A model generated the notes under the pieces. It did not search any database. It worked only from the letters and a program-made list of their open reading frames with translations, and was not told the DNA's origin. The position numbers were made by a program, and so were the translations under genes. This document shows positions 55,519 to 64,000 of a stretch of DNA of 64,000 nt, one piece after another (position 1 is the stretch's first letter; the number at the start of each line of letters is the position of its first letter). This DNA comes from an uncultured Planctomycetaceae bacterium (GTDB taxonomy: Bacteria; Planctomycetota; Planctomycetia; Pirellulales; PALSA-1355), in assembly GCA_963785305.1 (NCBI GenBank), contig CAWAUV010000007.1, positions 1,344,001-1,408,000 of the forward strand, written 5' to 3'.

Positions 55519-55690
55519 GTCGGGGTTCCTAATGACCGTGCGAGGCGATGGGGATGCGAGGCCTGATTCAAGTGAGGCGACTTTGGAATTCAGGCGGGCT
55601 TGTCGCGAACCATGATACCGAAACGGTCTCGGTTGCCCAGAAAAATATCGGCCGGGGCCGCCGCCCGCCGCCGGTTCCGGCTCGGCGTTA

Positions 55691-55846
55691 CAGCAGCCCG
55701 TTGATTTATTCAGCGGGCTGCTAGATCGCATGGATGCGATCGCAAAATAGCGACGCAAGTCGCTATTTTGCGAGCCGCACGCAGCTTTGCCGCGTGCTTG
55801 GCGAGGTTGAAATAAGCCACGAGGGTTTATTTCAACGGAATGACAG
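55691..55846. repeat. Multi-hairpin MITE/REP-like element
   Basis: Four consecutive palindromes at 55692-55722, 55724-55741, 55741-55772 and 55806-55836; related end sequence at 24141-24175. Confidence 0.6.
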
Positions 55847-56287
55847 ACCGCTGAAATTCCCAGGAGTCAGGAGTGATTGATTGCGTTGGCGGCCGTGCTA
55901 GGCTGGCGGGCATGCCTCGACCACCAGTCGCCGACGAGCGGGCCATTTGCACAATGTGCTCAACCGAGCCAACGGTCGGCGACGCATTCTCCGCACACGG
56001 ATTGGCGGACAGCCATCGATTGGCGACTGTGTGGCATGCCCACGCAAGCGTGGGCATGTAGGCGACGCGCGACGCGGAATTGGGAATTGTCGCGCGCGGC
56101 GACAGTCAAACCGTTGGCGGCATGGCGACCGGCGGCATGCGCCCCAAGGATTTTGTCGGCGGCGTGCGAACCAATTCTCTTGACCACCGCTCTTGATCGC
56201 GGTAGAGTCAAGAGCATGGACTGGGTCACGCGGCGCATGCGCGCTGTCGGAGGCAAGCTGCGGGTTCTTCAACATAATTCGGGTCCC

Positions 56288-56347
56288 ATGCACACGATTT
56301 GCCTTTTGCCCTTGTTGCTTTTGTCGCCGAACTTCGGCCGGCCCTAG
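56288..56347 (+). CDS. Leucine attenuator leader peptide MHTICLLPLLLLSPNFGRP
   Basis: Six Leu codons in seven (CTT TTG CCC TTG TTG CTT TTG) upstream of leuA. Confidence 0.8.
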   Translation: MHTICLLPLLLLSPNFGRP

Positions 56348-56381
56348 GGTTTTTGCGCATCGCCTCGCGACACTCAAAACG

Positions 56382-56414
56382 AAACCCCAGGGCCGCCAAG
56401 CCTTGGGGTTTTTT
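56382..56414 (+). terminator. Attenuator intrinsic terminator of the leuA leader
   Basis: AAACCCCAGGGC-loop-GCCTTGGGGTTTTTT; a competing segment GCCCTAGGGTTT at 56341-56352 pairs with the 5' arm. Confidence 0.85.
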
Positions 56415-56424
56415 CGTTATCCGC

Positions 56425-56509
56425 CCCAAGAGCCGCGGTGGTGCGCGAGCCGAGGTAGTGCGAGAGCCGCGGTCATGCGAAAGCCGCGGTCATGCGAAAG
56501 CCGCGGTCA
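56425..56509 (+). repeat. 17-bp tandem repeat (about five copies, two degenerate)
   Basis: TGCGA(A/G)AGCCGCGGTCA at 56459, 56476 and 56493, with decayed copies upstream. Confidence 0.75.
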
Positions 56510-56565
56510 GGTGTCGATTTCCCGGCAACTCATCACCCCCAAAGAAGAATACTTCGAGCAATCCC

Positions 56566-58131
<1,566 letters not shown>

Positions 58132-58296
58132 AGCGACCCGCGACGGCGGGACAACAATTTACCGCGACGGGCTCGCCGGGCGCGACGAAGAAAATCCGCG
58201 ATTAGCCGAGCCGCATTGCTCGCGGCTCTTGCTCCGCCGCGTCGCCTGGCGCGATTGGCGCCGCGCATGGGCGGCCAGCAAGGGTCGAGCGGCTGT

Positions 58297-58690
58297 CTAT
58301 GGCACAGCCAGCGGTGAAAAACGATTGCGCACATATTCCGGCACTTGCAGTCCCGTTTTCGGGTCGGTGATCCAGATCGGAGGCGTTTGACCCGCCGGGG
58401 TGAACACGCCATGAACCGCGTCGTAGGTTCCGTTGGGCATGATCTGGGACATTTCCTCCGATTCTCGTTCGGCGCAGCTTCGCTTTGTACTCCGCGCGGG
58501 CCCGCTGCGTGGCGGCGTCGCGCTCCTTGACCAGACGAATGCGTTTCTCGTCGTCGGTCTCGATGTGATGCTTGGGCTTCTTGAGCGTGTTTTTGGTCGC
58601 TGGCGGCCAGATCGGCGTGCTTTTAATTTGCTGTGAATTTGCGATCCGGCACAGCGAGGCAATGACCATTAGCAGGACAAGTTTTTTCAT
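58297..58690 (-). CDS. Hypothetical secreted protein (probable frameshift near 58465)
   Basis: MKKLVLLMVIASLC signal with GGGAGGG RBS; likely continues in ORF 58297..58662. Confidence 0.45.
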
Positions 58691-59044
58691 GGCGATCCCC
58701 TCCCATCAACCCCAAGAAAGAAATTCGCCCGAGACAAAACGCACTCGCCGGTGAGCGTTTGGAGAGTCGTTGAGACCTGTCCGCGATTGTGTTTTCGCTC
58801 CCATCCCCGCCTTCTTTGCCGAAGAGCAAGCCGAGTGCGGTCGCAACGGAACGGGCGATCGGCCACGGAGACCAATCCCTCGAAATCAAGTCTAGCTCGA
58901 TTCAAGGGTTTCGCCGCGCGCGATGGCCCAGATTCGAGCCGGTTTCCCGGGCCGGCCGGCCATCTCAAGGGCCGCCTAATGCGAAAGTACCGCCGCTTTC
59001 CGCCGCGATGTTGACTTTTCGCCACACGGAGCACGCTCCGGCAA

Positions 59045-59552
59045 TCAGCGCGTCACGAAGGCGAGATAATAAAACATCCAGCCGGTGAGCGCGGTTAGCA
59101 GCATGTCGATGGCGGCGATTTTGCCCCAGCGCACATGCCAGGCGCTGTGGCGGCTGGGCGCTGGGGGGGCAGGAAAATCGCGCAGGGCGCGTACCGTGAC
59201 GATCGTCCAGAGCAAGGCGGTGCTCACCGCGAACAGCAGATGCACATAGAGCGCGATGAGCACCCAATCGATTTGGCCGTCGCGGCCATGGTAGGGCGAG
59301 GCGAGCGCGGTGTCGCCAGCCATTCAGGCGCATGTCGAGCTCGAAGAGCGCCACGGTTGCGGCCAGCACCGCGGCGAGCGCGAGTTGAATTCGCTTGTGC
59401 CACGCGAAGCGGCGGCGGTATTTCACGAGCCAAACACTCGCGCCGAGCAGCGGAATGACCAGGAACATCGCCAGAAACACGACATCGAGCATCAGCGATG
59501 CCCGCGTGCCGAGAAAGCCATCGAGCCCACCGGGAGGCGTCAGGTCTACCAC
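59045..59552 (-). CDS. DUF420-family membrane protein (frameshift near 59315)
   Basis: GFLGTRASLMLDVV, HKRIQ, FELDMR, VHLLFA, H..WG, TALTGW.FY. Confidence 0.75.
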
Positions 59553-59706
59553 AGGATAAGATTCCGCGCTGCGTGAAATAGGCGATCCGCCCTGCCCTGC
59601 CGCAATGTATCCGCCCGGCGCCGAACAACGCAAGCGAAGCGCGAGGGTCGGAAGGCGGCGCGGCTGCGATGGAAGCGCATGCCAGACGCGTCGCGGCGCC
59701 GCGCTG

Positions 59707-61030
59707 TCATGGCATGCCGGCCCAGTCGCCGGTGTCGGTCGTGGCCTCGGCCGCGGCGCCCACGCTTTCCGCGGCGCTGATCGCGTGCGTGGAGCCGAGC
59801 GGTCGTAGCCGACCGGCCAGGTAGATGCTCAGCAGCGTGGCGATGCAGCCGATCACGCCCACGATGCCGTAGTGCGTGAGCTCGTTCGTGGCGGATTGGC
59901 CTAGGATTCGGCCGCCGAGAAAGGCGCCCAGGCCGGTGGCGATGTGCTGCATCGACGAGTTGGCGCTCATGAAGCCGCCCCGTCGCGCCGGCTCGACGCT
60001 ATCCGTCACCAGGGCCATGGCCGCGATCATGCGGCTGGAATTGGCCACCATCAGGCCCGCCACCGCGACCACGGCCAGCGGCAACCCCACGCGCGGCAAT
60101 TGGGTGATCACGACCATCAACGCGGCCGACACCGGCGCCGCCACGCGATAAACCCAAATCCTGCCGAAGCGATCGGCCATGCGGCCGACCAGGGGCGCGG
60201 TAAACGGCGCAGAGTCCGCTGGTGACGAACACCCACTTGAGATTGACTTCGCTCACGCCGACATTCCGCACCAAATATGTGCTCACATAGGGAATCACGG
60301 CGAAGCTGCCGAGCATGATGGTGATGATGAGCGCGAAGGCCTTGAGATGCGTGGGCAGCGTGAGCGTTTCGAAAATCATGCGCAAGGGGCGCCGCCGCGG
60401 GCCCTCGGCTCGGTGCGGCGGCAAGGTCGGCATCGCCCAGGCCGTCAGTAAAAGCACCGGCGAACCGAGCGCGGCCAACACCAAGAACGGCGCATGCCAT
60501 CCCCAGGCCTGGCCCAGCTCGATCCCGGCGGGCACCCCGACCACGCTGGCCAAGGAAAACGCCGACATCAGCACTCCCGTCGCCCGGCCGCGGCGATGCT
60601 CGGGAAACACATCGCCGATGATCGTCATCGACAAACCGCCGAGCACTCCGCCAAACGCCCCGGTGACGATTCGCGCCGCGAGCAGCGTGGCATAGGTCGG
60701 CGCGAGCCCGCATAGCAGGGTGCCGATCATGAAGCCCGTGTAGAGCGTGATAAACGCCGCCTTGCGGGTAAAGCGATCCATGAACGCCGCGCCCACCAGC
60801 CCCGCGACGCCGGCCGCGAACGCATAGGCCGACACGATCAGCCCAAATTGCCCGGGATCGATGCCGAGCGAAGACATCATGTCGGGCCCGAGCGGCATCA
60901 CCACCATGAAGTCGACCAAGTTCGTGAACTGCGCCGCGGCGAGCACCAGCAGCACCCACCGCTCGCGCCGAGTTCCGAGCGAGCCGGCCGGCGCGGCGTA
61001 TTCCCTGTTCGGCGTGATCGTGTTATGCAT
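59707..61030 (-). CDS. MFS transporter (frameshift near 60205)
   Basis: VDFMVVMPLGP, DRFTRK, RIVTGAFGG, RGRA.G, ADRFGR; many TM segments. Confidence 0.9.
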
Positions 61031-61217
61031 TGGCGCCCGCGGTCGCTTGTTCCCTATCGAACCGTCTGTGGTCACTCCGCGCTTCATGGTATCATCGCGC
61101 GCTTTCCAGCGCGTCGGCCTTGACGACAAATTCAAGAACAACCGCTATGTGGCCCCGGCGACGGAACCGCCGGGCGACGCCATTGCCCCCTCCGGGTCTC
61201 CCCAGGATTATTCGCCC

Positions 61218-61941
61218 GTGGACAACCCTTCTTCGGAACGACCACGTCTGGCCGTCGATGTGGTAGCTGAAATCCAGACGCTGGGCGATCCCAAAACAGC
61301 GAGATTTCTCGCCGGATTTTTCAAGACAGGCCCGGGGCAATATGCCGAACACGACACATTTCTTGGCGTGCGGGTTCCCGTCTTGCGCAAACTCGCCAAG
61401 CGACATGCCGGGCTCGCCGATGGGGAAATCGCGCGGCTGCTAGCGTCGCCGATTCATGAATGCCGCTTCACCGCTTTGCAGATCATGATTCTCAAGGCGT
61501 CGCGCGGCGGGTCGGTCGAGCGGCAAATGGTGGCGATCTACCGCGCCGGCCTCGCGCATGTGAACAACTGGGACTTGGTCGACGCCTCGGCTCCGCAATT
61601 GCTGGGCGCTTGGCTCGCGACGCGCGATCGCCGCCCGCTGTACCGCCTCGCGCTCGAAGCAGCTCTGGGAGCGGCGAATCGCCATCGTGGCGACACTCGC
61701 TTTTATTCGCCGCGACGATTTCGCCGACGCGCTCGCGATCGCCAAGCTTCTGCTCGACGATCGCCACGATTTGATTCACAAAGCCATCGGCTGGATGCTG
61801 CGCGAAGTCGGCAAGCGCGATCGCGCCACGCTCGTCGCATTTCTCGAAACGCATTATCCGCGGATGCCACGCACATCGCTGCGCTATGCGATCGAACACT
61901 TCTCGCCGCGCGAGCGACTGCGATATATGCGGCCACGCTGA
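61218..61941 (+). CDS. DNA alkylation repair protein, AlkD-like (frameshift near 61655)
   Basis: FFKTGPGQY, FLGVRVP, NNWDLVD, HDLIHKAIGWMLRE.GK, LRYAIE. Confidence 0.88.
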
Positions 61942-62009
61942 CGGAAGCGCCGCCGCCGGGCGATCGCTCTTCGTGCGTTTTTCAGCGCTCCATCGCTCGC
62001 CAATGATTC

Positions 62010-62998
62010 TCAGTGCGCCGCGGCCGTTTTTTTGGCCACGAGCGTCTGGGGGTTCACCACGTTTTCCGGAGTGTCGCCCGTGAGACGCGCGGCTACCTGT
62101 GCGCCGAGCGCGCCCGCAAATTGGCGAGCGACTGCCGCGAGACAAACGCCGCATGCGGGGTGACGATCACGCGCGGGTCGTTCCAAGGCGCTTCGGAAAG
62201 ATTCGGCGGCTCGGGAGTTTGCACATCGAGCCCCGCCCCGGCGAGCCGGCCGGAAGCGAGCGCTTCGATCAGCGCGGCGTTTTCCACCAACGCGCCCCGG
62301 CTGGTGTTGATCAGATAGGCCGTGGGCTTCATCAGGGCAAATGTGTCGCGGTTCATCAAGTGCTTGGTTTCGGGCGTGGCCGGCACATGCAGCGAAACAT
62401 AATCGCTCAACTGAAGCAGTTCATCGAGCGAGCGCCACTCGACTCCCGCCGGCGCGGGACGCACGGCGCGCGAAGTGGCGAGCACGCGCAGGCCAATCGC
62501 TTGAGCACGCGCGGCTAGCCGCGAACCAATGGCGCCGAGGCCGACAATGCCGAGCGTTTGGCCCGAGATGCGTTCCATGACCGGACCGGCGGCCAGATCG
62601 TAGATGCCCGCCTTGGTTTGCTGATGAAAAAACCCCACCTTGCGACCGAGCGCCAACAGCAGGGCCAGGGCATGCTCCGCCACTTCATCGAGACAGTAGT
62701 CGGGCACATTGGTCACGGGAATGCCTTGCTCGGTGGCGAAGGCCACGTCGATATTATCGAGCCCGATGCCCATGCGGCTGATGATGCGGCACCGCTGGGC
62801 GGCCACGATCACCTCGCGCGTCACGCGGGCCCAGTTGGTCATGATCGCATCGGCCTGGGGCGCTTCGCGAATGAGCGTGGCGGCGTCGATCGCCGGCGGC
62901 GTCACGATCTCAGCCCCGACATTGGCCAGCACTTGGGTCTCGATCGACAGGTCCGGCCAAGCGCGGTCGGTCAGCAACACGCGGAATTTCGACATCAT
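62010..62998 (-). CDS. D-isomer-specific 2-hydroxyacid dehydrogenase (CtBP/SerA-like; frameshift near 62100)
   Basis: GIGLDNID, NVPDYC, GLGAIG, SLHVP, INTSRG, LDV, TPHAAF; C-terminus ..PENVVN.. in another frame. Confidence 0.9.
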
Positions 62999-63220
62999 CG
63001 GCTCGCGGAAAAAAGGAAAACGGCGCTCCAAAAGGCAAGCTACCGCTCAGGCGGCGTGCCCACCCGCCAAGCCCCGCCAGGCAGAGGCTGGGAAAGCCTT
63101 TAGTGATACCCGAGCAACCCCGGGGTCCGTCAAGAGCCGCGACGGGCGAGTGGCGGCGGCAATTGTCCTCGGGCCGTTTCGGAGGTTCGGGGGGTTCCGG
63201 CGGTTCCGGCGAATCGCGTC

Positions 63221-64000
63221 CAGGGTCGCTCATTCTTTCAAGATGCCGAGTCTGGTGAGGAGGCGGTCGACTCGGGCGGCGTTTTCTCGCAGAGTTTGGG
63301 CGATTTGGGTGCATCCTAGCGATCGTAGGAGGGTAAGGCCCGCATTGCGGAGCGTGCTGAACGCCTGGGGCGCGCTGCCCTTGCGGATTCGGCAGGCGTC
63401 CTCGCCCAGAACCACGTCGCGAACCCAGTGGGACTTGTTTTCGATGCCCCAGTGCCCGCGCCACCAGCCCAGCAGGTCGGCGGCCGAGCCTTTGGGTCGT
63501 GGCGCTGGAAATGGCATACGCCACTTCGTGGGTCTGAATGCCCTTGCGCCAGGTCGTGCGGTCGAGTCGGCAGACCTGCTCCAGGCCGGGCCAATCCAAG
63601 TGCTTCGCCAACCGGGTCGAAGCTTGCAGAGAGCGATGTTCTCGCCGGCCGTGTCCCTTGTTCAACGTTTCGGCGACATCGAGATGGGATTGGCGTTGCT
63701 TCTCGTTATAGGGGGGAAAAGGCCGGCTCGAACTCGGCGGCGATGGCCTGCATTAGAGTCGGCTGATTGTCTTTGACCACCAGGAGATAATGCCCGCCGC
63801 CGTCGATGATTTTCTGGCAGATCTCGCGCTGACACAGCAGGGCGTCGCCCGTGATGACGCGGCCTTTCAAGACGATCGTTTCCAAGAGTTCCGGCGCGGC
63901 GGTGATCTCGTTGGTCTTGCCATCGACTTCCATCTGACTCAAGACATAGCCGGTTTCTTGGTCGTACAAGGACAGCAGATGGGCCGTCCGTCCGTGCGCG
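63221..64000 (-). mobile_element. Second copy of the ISAs1 element (partial, runs off the window)
   Basis: Reverse complement of about 44326-45107, identical by eye except a 2-bp deletion near 63503. Confidence 0.93.

Noticed and set aside
63495..63510. 2-bp deletion in the second ISAs1 copy as true inactivation
   Set aside because: It lies in a GCGCG dinucleotide run and cannot be told apart from the window's background indel errors

Overview
GC-rich bacterial chromosome segment; gene content and repeat families point to Planctomycetota (Pirellulales-like), which is an inference. The backbone is housekeeping genes: recG, rnhA, priA, nadD, apgM, acnA, tkt, rnz-like, fabF-ACP-CrtI-like and leuA. 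Many carry single-base frameshifts that are most likely sequencing errors. An ISKra4/ISLre2-type IS with perfect 9-bp target repeats lies at 7.5-9.2 kb. A decayed, partly AT-rich defence/conflict island at about 36.4-48.3 kb contains the 5' half of a group II intron, an ApeA-like HEPN protein, two nested IS3 elements, Schlafen/AlbA_2, DUF499 and DUF262-like fragments, XRE regulators with EcsC, inverted RAYT-derived ends, an ISAs1 inserted in a REP, an orphan toxin-immunity pair and an ISL3. Outside the island the notable items are a complete Leu-leader attenuator upstream of leuA, a SelA-like protein lacking the PLP lysine, a small HiPIP-like 4-Cys protein and several palindromic repeat families. 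No rRNA, tRNA or CRISPR array was seen. Family assignments come from motif recognition by eye, not database searches.
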